From the human T2T-CHM13v2.0 reference genome, Homo sapiens, in NCBI RefSeq assembly GCF_009914755.1, contig NC_060929.1: 64,000 bases of DNA; one strand, given 5' to 3'. The stretch's first letter is position 1; the number at the start of each line of letters is the position of its first letter. Below are positions 24,191 to 40,230 of this stretch, one piece after another. Made by a program: the position numbers and the translations under genes. The notes beneath the pieces were generated by a model, which was not told the origin of the DNA, searched no databases, and saw only the letters and a program-made list of their open reading frames with translations.

Positions 24191-27190
24191 ACTAATTTTT
24201 ATGATGAATTTTTCTCCTTTTGTAATGTAAGTTGAGACGTGGATAACAAGTACTCGGGTAGCTTGCACATACCACTTTACCAGTTTGGGAAGTATAGAAA
24301 ACATTTTTAGAAATAATTTCATCAAAAGTGCTAAGTTTTTTAGTCATTCCATATTTAAAGAGTTGAGTGTGAGATTTGCTCCTCTCCCTGTGCTAGTTTT
24401 ACTAGTAAGAGTTCTAGGTTTTTAAAACTGACACCTATTGTTCTTTTTGAAACCAATCTCTTGAAGTTTAGTGGCATACCCATTCACCAAAGTCACTGGC
24501 CTTTTCTTTGTTTACATTCTCTTTAAACTCTCCCATATGTTTAATCTTCTGCAGTACCATTGTATCTAGTTCTGTCTTTTTAATAGTGCATTATCAGTAA
24601 CTCACTATCAGGAAACTCTTTCCTAACAGTGAATGTTTCGTAATATTTAGGTGTTTACTTACTGTTCTTTTCACTCTGTTGCAAACTTTTTTTTTTTAGC
24701 TCTTTGTGCAAAATCTTAAATCTGTTTCTCATCTTTACCTGGCTAAACCTGTATCTCCAGTCATGACCTTTTCCCAGTGGAGTTTACCACCATTTCTACT
24801 GACAAAGCTGCCTTCTGAATGTTTTTAATTCTGTGGGTAGAATTCTCATTTTATCATTATCTTAGTCAACGTGGGTTTAAAATTTGAAATTATCTCTTAA
24901 TTTCAAGGTACAGTTAGTAGAAAAATCAGTGACCATTCATTAAGTATCATAGTGTGTGGTATGGCACATGCAATGGTCCAGGTGCTGAAGACTACTTCTT
25001 AGAAGGATTTTGTACTGTATTTGGGAAGTTATGATATTATTTATGACTTATTAATTAGTTTTTATTATAAATATTCAGTGACCATAGCCTCTTCAGCATT
25101 GGGTGGTAAAGGAAGTCTTCACAAAAGGGGATAGATTGGAGCTCATCATTAAGAATGACTAAGATTTCTCTTGGAAGACACAGATGGGCAGAGGGGCAGG
25201 GATTTGGATTGGATCAGAAGGTGTGTATAGTGGAAGAGTAATGGGCAAGATTAGATTAGGACTAGATCTAGCCAGTCTCTTAAGTCTTGGTTCGTCTTCT
25301 TTCTGAATGCTAATGATTAGAATTCATGTTTGAATAGTACTGTTGAGTTTGTAAAGCTTGTGTTAGATAGACATTAGTACTTTAATATTTCTGTGACTTA
25401 GGAACCATCATCTCTATTTTACAGAAAAGTTAATAGGCTTTGAAAAAGTGATACTAGTAAAGAACAGAATCTGGTGGGCACAGTGGCTCAAGCCTATAAT
25501 GCCATCAACTTGGGAGACTGAGTCTGGTGTGTTTCATTTCCAGGCATATTTTTATTCTCTGATATCATAGATATCTATAAATAACAATTTTTTTGTTTTA
25601 AGTTTGATATAGACATCCTTAGAAAGGTATATATATTTTTACAAATTGTTTTTCTTACTCATTTATTTGATAAATGGACACTATTCTAGGTCCAGGGCAT
25701 CCAGTGGTTTTGAGGGCAGACGAGACTACCTGCATACTAACATTGCATTGGGGAAAACAAAGTAAATAAACAAAGTTGATAATGTAATATCAGATTAGGG
25801 TAAATGCTATAAAAAATGAACAGGGTCAGGGGATAGAGAATGTTGTGAGAATGGGCTGTCATGCTATTTTCAATCAAGTGGTCAGGGAATTCCTCTTTCA
25901 GGAGGTGACCTTTGAACAACTGAATTAATTTGAGTGAGTATGCTGCGTTAAGTTACGGGAGAAGAGAATTTAGGGGAGAGAACATCAGATGCAAAGACCT
26001 CACATAGAAATAACCTTAGAATACTTGAGAAATGGAAAGAAGTTAAGTGTGGTTAAATGCAATTAGGTAGGATAATGGTTAAGAAATGAGTAAGGAGAAG
26101 CCAAGGGCCTGATCATGTATGATATTGTATTCAGAATTCTGGTCTTGAAGCTCCTGTCTTTTTGCCTCCCTCTTCCTTAACTGTCTCTCTGTTGCTCATA
26201 CACATACTCTCTCACACATACGTACACTACCCTATCTAGCCCCCCATTATATTCTAGTGTTCATGAATCAGTCAGCCAGGCCTGTCTCTTATCTAGCCTA
26301 GGAAATGCTATGTTCATGTCTGCCTATATATATATTTTTTTGTTTGTGTGCCTTTGCCTTTGACATTTCCCATCTCATCTCAGACAACCAAACCATGGTT
26401 TTACTTCCTGACCCACATGGATTTTATCATACATCCTTGATGTAGATGCAACTGAGGTCAGCCCTTCTTACAGTTCATTTAGTACATAACACTTTATACT
26501 CTGTGACCTGTTAGTGACAATTATGCTTTCATTCTCTTTGTTATATCTCTCTATTTTAATGTGGCCAGTTTTGTTTGCCTAGGAAAAATCATCCTACATA
26601 GGGCTGGGCAAGACAAGGCACAAGGCATATCCATACATAAGGAGGATATCTTTACTTCCCTGTACCCTTCCCCACCATGGTTCCAGCATAGAAGGCTGGA
26701 TAGCTGCCAGTAGTTGATCGGCATCCAGAACTGTATCTGGTACTTTAGTAGGCTCTCAGTAAGTGTATTTTGAATGAATCAGTTTATTGACTGTTGAGAT
26801 TAAACCCTACTTGGCATAACTTTTTTTAAAAAGCCCCATCATGGCTATTCACAATACATGGGATGTAACAAAGAATCAATAATTATTTGTTGAGTGTATG
26901 TCAGTTTTACTTTACTCTGTGTTTACATTATCTTTATTTACTTTATGTTATTGTCTGGGCTTTAGCTGAGCACATACATTCTTTTCTGGAAAGATGCACC
27001 CCAGTCCAGAATAATATTGATGCTAGAATTTTTCAAAGACAAAGCTATAGCTTTTGGCAATTGTAGGCACAAGAAAGGAAGCATCTTTTGTTACACCATT
27101 TTTCCAAACGTTATTCTTGTTACTTTAGTAGGTATTTATCGTCTGTGGTTGGCTGTGCAGCGATCTGCAGGAGATCTTACACATTCTTTT

Positions 27191-27308
27191 TATTCTTTAT
27201 TTAGAAATGGGATCTCACTATGTTGCTCAGACTGGACGTGATTGAACTCCTGGGCTCAAGTGAGTCTCCCGAATAACTGGGATTACAGGTGTGTGCCACT
27301 GAGCCTGG
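27191..27308 (-). mobile_element. Alu monomer (FLAM/AluJ-like)
   Basis: 'gggatctcactatgttgctcagactgg...gaactcctgggctcaagtga...ctgggattacaggtgtgtgccactgagcctgg'. Confidence 0.85.
27205..27288 (+). other. SMAD5: Candidate Alu-derived alternative 5'UTR exon of SMAD5 (84 nt)
   Basis: Acceptor 'ttctttatttag|' at 27204/27205; donor CAG|GTGTGT at 27288/27289, with an alternative donor CAA|GTGAGT at 27259/27260. Confidence 0.65.
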
Positions 27309-28121
27309 TTTTTACCAGCTTCTATCGGTGGAGTGCCTGTCACTTCCACCTGTCATCATCAGGAGCTTCTTAATGGTGCAGAACAGTGGTTTACCTGGAG
27401 CAAGCTCATTAACCAATATAAAATATCACTTAAAATAAGCCGATAGGAATTATAAAATTAGAAACTGACCCTTTTAAAATGAATTTATTCTCTTTAAATT
27501 TATTCAACATACTTAGTTTTACAAATAGATACTTGCCATTTTACTGGCAGTTATAATGATTTATTTGAGGGTTTGGTACATCTTATACAACCGTGAATAC
27601 AATTTGCATCTAATAATGTGACTTCAGTAGTATCATGATTTTTGTCCAAACCTTCTCAGTCTGGGAAACATTTAAAGAGAATAATGACCTTAGAGAAGAG
27701 CTGGATTTCTTTTAAGACTTCTATTCAGATCAGGACACAATCACGTTCAAAATTGACATAGCATGTAACATGGATTTCAGTGAAGAAAAGTACTTCAGAA
27801 TCAAATTTTAGAAGAGTGTTTTAGGGTTTAGTGGCCTAATCAAAGGGAGTCCAGAAGCTATTTTTGGATAATACATAGGAGGTAGAGCAACCTGGTTTTG
27901 CCTCTGGTTATCATTTGACATTGCCAGTGTCTTACTTGTTCATATTATGGGGAAGGAATCGAGTGGTCACAGAACTTTTGGAGAAAATTTATCAATTTTT
28001 TGTTTACTTTGTAATGCTTTTCTGTTCTTATTTAATAAAATATGCCTTTCGATTATATTAATTTAAATTTGTATATATTGAATTGATTTAAACTAGGATC
28101 CTTTCCCCCTTTCTCTTTCAG

Positions 28122-28707
<586 letters not shown>

Positions 28708-28959
28708 TGAGAAGAATTTGGAAAAACAAAAACAAAAAACCTCTCTTCCTGATATGCATGTAACTAGATTTAGTAATGAAAAGGTTGTATTAGCTTTGTG
28801 TTTCCATCTTAAATATTCTAATCTTGGAAGGGCTATTGGATTTTGAGTTTAGCTTTTTATATGTAGGTGATACAATTCTCAGGTGGCTTACTCTAATTCA
28901 TTATTCACTGTAAGCACCCATATATCTACTCTGCCTTTTCCTGTGGATGACCTGTCTCT

Positions 28960-30430
28960 GTTTTATTTAAAGCCTAAGCTCCAAGTGTGTACTATATCCC
29001 ATTCCTTTTTGTCAAATGAAGAACTTTGTTCCTACAGTTATCATCCTTCTCTCCAGCATTATATTTTCCCTTTCTACCAGAGTATTTCTGATAGCATACA
29101 AGCATGCCATGATACTACCCATCCTAAAATAAAACTTAAAAAAAAATTCTGCTTTTCACTTCATTCACATAACCCAACCCCAATCACTGCACTGTTTCCA
29201 CTGGTCCTTTTAGAGGATTCTCCATTTTTATTATCTTTATGTTTCATTTTTTTCTTGTGACTTCTCTAGTTAGTCTTTCTTTCCTACCATTTAACTTGTC
29301 GAGATCACTAGTGACTGCCTTTTTATAGGTCAAGGGGTCATTTTTGAGTCTTATCTTACTGTCCGCTCAACTGCATTTGATACAGTTGATCTCCTTCCAT
29401 CCTACTCAAAACTTTTTCTGTGTTTGGCCCCTAAGACAGTATGCTATCCTGGTTCTCCTACCTCACTGACTGTTCTTGCCCCTCTTTGCTGGCGTATTCT
29501 CCTGTTTTCACAGGAGTCAGTCCATGGACCTTTTCTCCATTTATATTATTTCTTTATGTGCTTTCATGCTGTCACATGTCTTAAGATTGTCTATAAGCTG
29601 ATGCTCACATTTTGAACTCAAGTCAACTTCTCCCTTGAGTTTTAGATTTGTGTATCCAGTTGCCTACTTGACATTTCCACTTGAATATTTATTTATTAAA
29701 CATACCAAATGTAATATGTCTAAGCGCAGTTTTTTTTCTCTGGTTTCCCCTATTGAAGTGAATGGCAACAGCATTCATGTAATTGCTAATGCCCTAAACT
29801 GCAAGGTCATCTTTTATTCTTCTTACTTAAATCCTATATTTAAAATATGAGCAAATGCTGTTTGCTGCACCTTCAAAATATGTCTTAATAAATATGTCAC
29901 CTCTCATCATTTGTGACATCACTACTTTAGTACAGTACATCATCATCATCACTCACCTTAAGTAGTGTCCTAATTGGTCTTTCTGCGTCTCTTCTTCCCC
30001 TTAACCCATTGTGTTTTCCACACAACAGCCAGAATGATTTTTTAAAAACATACTAAATCATGTCAGTTCCTACTGAAAACACTTTCAAGGCTGTCACACT
30101 TAAAGAGATTTCTGTAAGACTCTGTATGACCTATCCTCAGAGTTCTCTGTTCCTTGGACTTGCCATACTCCTGTTTCCAGGCTTTAACTCTTGCTGTCTA
30201 CTTATTCTCCCCCAGGATCTTTCCATGGCACATTTTCTCATTCCATTCAGTCCTTGCTCAAATATCCGCATCACTAATTGACTCTATATTAGATATTTAT
30301 TTTGTTTATTGACTGACATGAGCAGAGTCTTCCTCTATTTCATTCATTACTCTATCCTTAGTGCTTAGAATAGTATATTGTTGTCTGGCACTTGGTAGGT
30401 GATGCTCAGTAAATTTTTTTTATAATGAAT
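28960..30430 (-). mobile_element. L2 LINE remnant
   Basis: L2 motifs 'tgcatttgatacagttgatc', 'tatccagttgcctacttgacatttccacttg', ending 'ctcagtaaat...aatgaatg'; ends approximate. Confidence 0.65.
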
Positions 30431-30454
30431 GGTATAAGCTGAGCTGCTAGCTGA

Positions 30455-30935
30455 GTGCATTAGTCATCTATTGCTGCATGACAGATTGCCACAAACTTAG
30501 TGGCTTAGCACAATGCATGTTTATTACCTCACAGTTTCTTTGGGTGAGGAGTCCAGTCACATTTAGCTGGGTCCTTTGCAAGGCGCTGTAATCAAGGTGT
30601 TGGTTAGGGCCAAGGTCTTATCAGAAGCTCAATTAGGGAAGGATCTGCTTCCAAGCCCATGTGATTGTTGACAGATTTAGTTGCTTTCACATAGCCTTCT
30701 TTATAGGTAGTTCACATTCATGACAGCTTCTTCAAAGCCAGTAAGGAAGAGAGGGTCTTCTGGTAAGAAGGACATTATATTCTTGTGGAATGTAATCATA
30801 CATACGCTGTCACCTTTGCCATATTCTGTTGGTTAGAAGGAAGTGATAGGTCATACTCATACTCAAGCAGGGAGAATTACCCAATGGTTTGAATACCTGG
30901 AGGTGGGAATCACAGTGGTTACCTTAGAGTCTATC
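30455..30935. mobile_element. MLT1-family MaLR LTR
   Basis: 'tattgctgcatgacagattgccacaaacttagtggctta...tttattacctcacagtttct'. Confidence 0.75.
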
Positions 30936-31862
30936 TGGGTTTCACGTGGAGATGTGTGGTAAAAAGACTGAAAATAACATTGGATGTGGAGACTAGTAGA
31001 AAGGATAGCAGATAGCAGTGATTATGCTGTCTGTGAAAGTTCAACTTAAGAGCTTTAGAGTGTCTTTAGACAGTTGGTATGATATGATTCTCAGTTTCTT
31101 ACTGAGTCCAAGGAAAGCTGATAGCTGAAGGAACTGATGAAGAAAGGAAGATAAAAGGATTTAATAGAGAAGTATAGGCTGAAAAACTCCCAAGCTTGCT
31201 ATTTGCTAGGAGGGAGTCTAGGAATTTTATGTATTCCCCTATAGCCAAAGTGTGACTAGTAGTCAGCCAGCCAATAGAAATGTCTTATTTTTTGTATACA
31301 TTTTTCTCAGCTATGATTCATTCTATAGAAAAGACTGGGGCATAGCTCTGATACTTTTAAATAACGGAAAATTTCATGTCTTACTAGTTCAACTATTGGA
31401 AAGAGACTATAGAGACCTCATGTTTCGCCCTGAGCCCAAACTCTTGGGGGAAGGGGCAGATTACCCAGCTAGATTAGCTTGCTGACCCCCCATGATTAAG
31501 CAGCTATGACGCAGAATGGATCACTTCATATTACCAGTATTAATAAAGTAGTAGAAGGTGGTGGTAGTGATAGTAGTAACAGTGATAGCAATTAATATTT
31601 ATTGAGCACTGATGGAATAGTGATTCCTTCATGGGGTTAGAAAAGGGTACTGACATTTTACAACCCTTTCAGTTTACTTATGGGTTTATAGATAAGGAAA
31701 CAAAGACTTAAAAGGGAAGTAACTTAGGCACGCTCACACAGTTAGAATATAGTGGAGTAAGTTTTGCAAAAAGATAAAAAGATGGAGGATAGTTAGAAAG
31801 AGATAATGAACATAAGAAAAATAGAGGGCCAACCTAGGTGGTCCTAGGTGTTTAGTTGAATA

Positions 31863-32370
31863 CAGTGCACCCTAAGCTTTTTGGCACCAGGGTCTAGTTT
31901 CATGGAAGACAGTCTTTCCATAGAATTGGTTGGGGGATGGTTTTGGGATTATTCAAGCACATTATATTTATTGTGCACTTTATTTCTATTATTACATTGT
32001 AATATGTAATGAAATAATTATACATTTCACCATAATGTCAAATTAGTGGGAGCCCTGAGCTTGTTTACCTGCAGCTAGGTTGTCTCATCCAGGCATGATG
32101 GGAGACAGTGACAGATCATCAGGCATTAGATTCTCATAAGGAGCGCACAACCTAGATCCCTCATATGTGCAGTTGGCGATAGGATTTGCTTTCCTATGAG
32201 AATCTCATGCTGCTACTGATCTGACAGGAGGCGGAGTTCAGGCGGTAGTGAGAGCAATGGGGAGTGGCTGGAAATACAGATGAAGCTTCGCTCACTCTCT
32301 CTCACCATCACCTCCTGCTGTATGGCCTGGTTCATAAGAGAGCATGAACTGGGGGGGTTAGGGACCCCTG
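31863..32370. mobile_element. MER1A hAT-Charlie element
   Basis: 'tttttggcaccaggg...aagcacattatatttattgtgcactttatttctattattacattgtaat...cattagattctcataaggagcgcacaacctagatccc...gggacccctg'; ~510 bp. Confidence 0.8.
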
Positions 32371-33147
32371 ATCTAATAGACAGTATTGTCTATTGATTAA
32401 GACTGTGGGTTCTGGAGCCAGGCTTTCTGGATTTGAATCCTGGTTTTACCAAATACTACCTCAAGCCTTAACCTTTCTGAGATTTAGTTTCCTCATTGTA
32501 AAATGGTAATAATACTACCTACCTAATAGGTTGTTATGAGCATTAGATGAGTTGGTGCCTTAAAAAGTACTTGTTAAAACATTAAGTGGCCTGGAATCAG
32601 TTTCAAATTAAATATCAATTCTAATAGAATAATATATTCTGGAAATAGAGCATTGAGGAAGATGGCAGAGAGAAAATTTTCCAAGAAATAATATCAAACA
32701 CTTCCCCAAACTGAAAATTGAAAGGGCTCAGTGACCAAGTAATCAGAACAAAGGATAAAAAAAGCCCCACATGAAATTTTTGTATATCATAGATTAAAAA
32801 AAAGATTCTGAAAACTTTCCAGAAAAGAAAGACAGGAAACATATAAAGGACTAGAAATCAGAATACTGGATTTCTCAATGCAGTTCTGGATTCTAGAAGA
32901 AAGTAAAGTAGTGCTGTCAAAATTCAGAAGGAAATGTTATCTGCCTGCCGACAAGCAAAAAAAATAAATTTTTATACATGCAGGAAGTCAAGAAAATTCA
33001 ACTTTTTACTTTCTCTTAGGACACTAATAGAGGATGAGGTCCAGGAAATGTGATCCAGCAGTAGAGAAGGGAAGTCCAAGGACTTCAGACTTGTAGGAGA
33101 CTTGAGCAGTAACCAATATAGGTTGGAACCAAAAGTTGGAAGATCTG

Positions 33148-33475
<328 letters not shown>

Positions 33476-35357
33476 TTATTTGATTATTTGTTGTATCCAA
33501 GAAATAGTAATGATAGGCGTTTAACAGATCTGTTGGAATTCTGGAAATATTAGTGGAATGTACTTAAAATTAAACAAATGAAGAAACAAGGCAATGGTTA
33601 ACTTTAGTAAAAACATTGTTCAAGAAAAAGTAGACTCATAGTACACTTGATTCAGCAATGAATTACATGTATGTATATATGAATACTGGATATTGATTTA
33701 AGCAAAATGTTATATTTAACTCTATTTTGGGGATGGGAGTGGGATAGAATAATAAAAGAATGCTGCCTCATTTGCCCTAAGAGCAAGTCTACAAATAATA
33801 TCTTGACTAATAATAGCAATATAAGCATATTATTTAGCAGTACACAAAGTAAATGTTATAAGAGATGGCTAAGAGTTTAAATTTGTTTTCTATAGAAACA
33901 GTATATGGGAGGGGGCTAGGAATTGCAGTTTTTGTTATAATCTCTAATAGCATGTCTTTTTTTAAACTGTCCACATATTAACATTATTTTGGATGATATA
34001 AAATAATTTTTTAAAAATCGTGCATAGATAATGTACAAGTGAAAGAGAAGCCAGTGATTTTAGCATACCTCTAAAGAAAAAAAAAAGCAAATTCTTACTG
34101 AACTGAATTCCTGAGTAGTTATTTCACTAAGTCTCTCAGATTGCTAGCCTGCTAAATGTAGAAATTCTTGCTGCCTAATGCCCTTCTCTCCAATGGCAGC
34201 TGCCTCTTGTTCTGCGAGGGGAATAGCAGTTGTTAACACACAGTAGAACAAAACGATTGTAGTCAGATGTTAACCACATATTTAGTATACTAATGCAGTA
34301 GAATGAAATGAAACAATAGACAAAAATAGCACAAATACTGACTTAACAGAAACACTGGATTGTTGTGTACATCCCTACTTCAGGGAGGTGAAGTGTGACT
34401 TAGGTAGCTTAAAAACAAACTCATTTTGTTGATGCTGAATGATATCAGAATTAAGTTGAGATTTTTCTAAGTGAAACTACATTGACAGATACAGGACAAT
34501 TGTTAATGAGATGAGTTGTAAATGTTTGAAGAATCAGGTTTGTTTCAGTTTCCTGCATGGAAAGGTAATCAGATATTTGAATGTGATTGGTCACTTGGGT
34601 CTTTAGAGAAAGCGAATATTTGAATAAAGTTTATCTCTTAAAAATGTATCTGTTAAAAATGTTTAGACTTTGTTGTGTATATTTTCATTATGGTCATATT
34701 TAGAAGACTGATTTTGATTGGAAGGCTTTTACCTAGAGAATATTACCATATTCAATATGGAAAACCGTACTGAACAACGTAAAACATGAGATCTTTCAAA
34801 CTAAGAAAGATCAAAGTGTTCATAATTGGAAATGTGGAAGTTTTTAGGGCATTCACATAACAGATTCCAACTTCACTCTGTAGTCTTAACTCCTTGTTCA
34901 GTGCGTAGGCCAACTGATTTTCTCATCTCCTCTGCCACCCTCCCCTTCTACCTCTTCCCAGCCCTAGTACTCCCATGTGAAATCCTCCTGTATCTTTAAG
35001 GTTCAGTCAGGTATGTTTTTTTCTTACAGTATTTTGTTTGATTCTCTGCTAGCTGGGAGCGCTCACCTCTGTTTAACTCCTATTGTGTTAAATTCTCTGT
35101 TTTATGGTTGTTTTTTAATATCCTTTATCTCATAGAACAGGAGTGGTATCTTTCTCTGGATTTTCTGTCTTCCAGGGTACCTTATGCAGGCTAAATGCTT
35201 ACAGAGTTTTGGATTCAGTTTTTATGTAAATAGAGATTCAGGGCTCTATAAAACAGCCCTTTCTAAAAGTAAATTGTTTTAATAGGTTTACAGTCTTACA
35301 TGAATCCTTTCTACCAACCCCTTAGTGTGGATGGGGCATTTGTTTAGTCATTCCTGA

Positions 35358-35654
<297 letters not shown>

Positions 35655-36326
35655 TGATACCAAAAAAAAAAAAATTCCTAAGAATCACAGTTGTTCTTAC
35701 TGTGGGCCCTCTGGGTGAACTGTTACATGCCAAGGTATAATAGCTGTTTCTGACTCTTTATTCTTTAGGTAATTGTTTGATTTCCAGAAGAGTTTAGATT
35801 TTATTTTGCCAATTACCGTATGTTTAAAAAATGGAAGTAGCCCTATTTGACTTAAATATTTTCTTCTATTTTATGACACTCAGTACCATTTATTGTCTTT
35901 TATATAACTGATACTGTGATGAAAGCTATGGCATTCAATTTAATCTTCAGAATGACTATGTGAGATAGATATTCCTGTTTTACAGATGGAAAAAGAAATT
36001 CTAAAGTAAATTTTAAACTTTTAAGTACCTTACCTAGGGTAGGGCTAAGAACTAGAGGTTCAGACCCAGGTTTGTCTAACTCTAAAGTCTGTGATCTTTC
36101 ACCTTTACTGTGTGGCTTTTCAAATTATTTAAGACTTTAGAAGTTAAAATGAATCCTGGTTATCTTTAGTTAGATAACTGATGAACTGATTTCACTGGAG
36201 AAAGATAAGTAGATTTTGTAAAGTTCTAAATTTTGTTAATGGCATGTCATATATGGACATGTCAGTATGTCACTGTCAAGAAATATTTGAACACCTGCTG
36301 TTGTCAGGCAGAGTCATATATAAGTA

Positions 36327-36936
36327 CAGTAAGTCCTCACTTGATGTCATTGATAACGTCTTGGAAACTGACTTTAACTGAAACAGCATATTACAAAGCC
36401 AGTTTTATCATAGGCTAGTTGATATAAACAAGAGTTAAGTTCTTGTGGTATATTTCTGGTCACAAAAATATCACTAAATTTATAAATAAAGACCCAAGAC
36501 TCTTCTAATATTAAACATTGAAATAAATGTGAGCTGTGCATATCTTTAAGAAAGATCAATAAAAACAAGACTGTTATTTACTTAATTATTCTAATTCATG
36601 GTCATGGGTAGCCAGAGCACATTCCAGCAACTCAGGGCACAAGGTGGAAACCAATCCTGAATGGGACGTGATTAAATCACAGAGTGCACTCACACACACC
36701 CCGGCACTCACACTGGGACTGTTTAGACATGCATGCCAGTTCATCTGATGTGCACATCTTTGGGATGTGAGAGGAAACTCGGGTAACCAGAGAAAACTCA
36801 AACAAACATGGGGAGAATGTTCAGACTCACACAGACGTGGCCCTGGCTGGGAATGGATTTTTTTTCTCATCAGCATCATAACAAAATGATGCTGAACAAA
36901 ACACCATTGAACAAAACATTATTCAAGGACCTACAG
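36327..36936. mobile_element. MER82-like TcMar-Tigger element
   Basis: TA|cagtaagtcctcacttgatgtc ... acattattcaaggacctacag|TA: imperfect TIRs with TA target duplication. Confidence 0.75.
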
Positions 36937-37779
36937 TATATTCTTTGTGATTTCTCTACTGCAGCAAAATATCAATTGGTATAGTTTTTTCTTTTGAAGA
37001 GAAATTAAGTGCCAGCTGTTTAACTTGCTATTAGGAATTTGCTCAAAAACAAATTTTCATAGTTTGTCTTAGATTCAGTGCTAATTGTAGTTCTGTCTCA
37101 AAATACATCCTGTACAAAACATTGGGATGAAAGACAAATTCGGTTCTTATTTATAATTACTGAGACAAAAAAGTATAGCTGTAGCTTTTGCAAAATTTTC
37201 AACTATGAGTGTTGAAACTCAAAGATTTTCTAGTTAACATTTAGTTTCCTAAGTGAATTACCTAACCATTTAATAGGACACAACAGCCATATTTGGATGT
37301 TGCACAAGCGTTAGACAATTGCTGTTAGTGTTGATGGCAAATTTTGAAGGGACATAGTTTTACTTTCCAGTTTTAAATGACAGTATACAGTATGTGCTGA
37401 TCTTAATAATTTAAAAGTGTCTCTGTAGTAGATATATACCCAAATGAGGAAAATCTGTACTTCAGATTGATATGTAATAGCTGTAGTTTCTCTGAACACA
37501 TAAAAATAAAGGCAAAATTCTTGACCTTGAATTCTGTTTCAGTGAATTTTAGGACTGATCCTTGTATCCTGGATTACCAGGGATCTGGGCTAAATAAATG
37601 TGGATTTGTAGTAGGTTTTCAATTGCCATTAGGTGTGCTGTCTGTTCTCCTTTTCCCTTGCCCTAGGATAGTATCCTACATTTTTTTGTGTGTGATGTTC
37701 AGTAATGAAGCTTGCTGGTAATCTTAAGAATTTTCTAAAGCTTTTAGAGTAATAATTTTGAGCAGAATGAAGATTTTAA

Positions 37780-38064
<285 letters not shown>

Positions 38065-38428
38065 TAAATACACCAAGTTTTGCACCACAGTCTAGGTTTA
38101 GAATATTTCCCTAACTCTTTAAAAAGGTTTCTCTGCGTATTTGCAGTCTATCCTCACTCCTATCCTCAGCTCCACATACCCTCTAATCTGTTTTCTGTAC
38201 CTGTAGATTTTATCTTTTCTGAACATTTTATATAATTGGAATCATGTAATAATGTAGTCTTCTTTCACTTAGCATGTTTTTTCAAGGTTCATCCGTGTTG
38301 TAGCATGTATCAATAGTTTGTTCCTTTTTATTGCTTAACAGTACTCCTTTATATAAATATATCACATTTATTCACCAGTCAGTGGGCATTTGAATTGTTT
38401 CCGTATTTTGATTATTATAAACATTTGC

Positions 38429-38772
<344 letters not shown>

Positions 38773-39678
38773 TTATTTCTCTTGGATAGATATCTAGGAG
38801 TGCAATTGCTGAATAACATGGTAAGTTTAACTACTTAAGAAAACTATAAAACTTCTCTGAAGCGGCAGTACCATTTTACATTCTCACCAGCAAAGTATGA
38901 GGGTTCTATTTTCTCTGCATCCTCCTAACACCTGTTATTGTCTGGCTTTTTAATTATAGCCATTCTAGTGGGTGTAAAGTGCTTATTGTGGTTTTAATTT
39001 GCATTTCTCTAATGAGCAATGATGAGCATTTTTTAAATGTACTTGTTGGCCATTTATATATCTTCTTTGATGTGTTTATTTTAAATCTTTTGCCCATTGG
39101 GTTGTCTTACTGAGTTGTAAGAATTTTTTGTATATTCTGGATATGAATCCTTTATCAGATATATGATTTGCAAATATTTTCTCTCAGTCTGTGGATTTCT
39201 TTTCATTTTCTTAATGACGTCTTTTTGAGGGTAATAGCTTTAAATTTTGATGAAATCCATTTTGTCAGTTTTTTCATTTCTAGATTATGCTTTTGGTGTT
39301 GAATTCAAGAAATTTTTGTCTATCCCAAGGTCATGAAAATATTATTTTATGTTTTATTTTAGAAGTTCTATAGTTTTAGCTCTTATATTAGGTCAGTGGT
39401 TCCTTTTGAGTTAAGTTTGTATGTGGTATATGGTAAATGTCTACATTAAGTTTTTTGCATATAGAAATCCAGTTGGCTTTGCCATTTGTTGAAAAGAGTA
39501 TCATTTCTTTGTTGAATTAACATCTTTGTCAGAAATCAATTGACTGTAAATGCCAGGGTTTATTTCAGGACTCTGTTGGCTTACATATCTATACCTCATA
39601 GTCTTGATTGCTAAAGCTTTCCTATAAAGGTTTTTCCCCCTATTTTTTTGTTGTTTTGTTTTATTTTTAATTTTTAAA

Positions 39679-39893
39679 TTATTTATTTATTTTAGAGACA
39701 GAGTCTTGCTCTGTCATGTCCAGACTGGAGTGCAGTGGCGTGATCATAGCTCACTGGAGCCTCAGACTCCTGGGCTGAAGTGCTCCTCCACCTTAGCATC
39801 CTGAGTAGCTGGGACTACAGGCATGCATCACCATGCTTGGCCAATTTTTTTGTTGTTGTTGAGATGGAGTCTTACAGTGTTGCCCAGGCTGGC
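39679..39893 (-). mobile_element. Partial AluJ
   Basis: 'gtgatcatagctcactggagcctcagactcctgggctgaagtg'. Confidence 0.85.
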
Positions 39894-40191
39894 CCTGTTT
39901 TTTTTTGTTTGTTTGTTTGTTTTTTTATGGCAAACTATATATAACATAAATTTTACCATCTTAACTATTTTTAAGTGTACAGTTCAGTGGCATTAAATCC
40001 ATTTATAATGTTGTGTGACCATCACCACCATCCATTTCTATAGCTCTTTTCACCTTGTAGTATTGAAACTATACCTGTTAAATAAAAATTTCCTATTCTC
40101 CTTTTCCCCCAGCCCTTGGCAACCACCACTCTGCTTTCTAATCTCTATGATTTTGACCACTCTAAGTACTTCATATAAATGGAATCATACA

Positions 40192-40230
<39 letters not shown>

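Noticed and set aside
40195-40229. Long poly-T tract considered as a separate retrocopy tail
   Set aside because: It lies inside continuous L1 sequence with no attached body or TSD; likely expansion of a short T-run.
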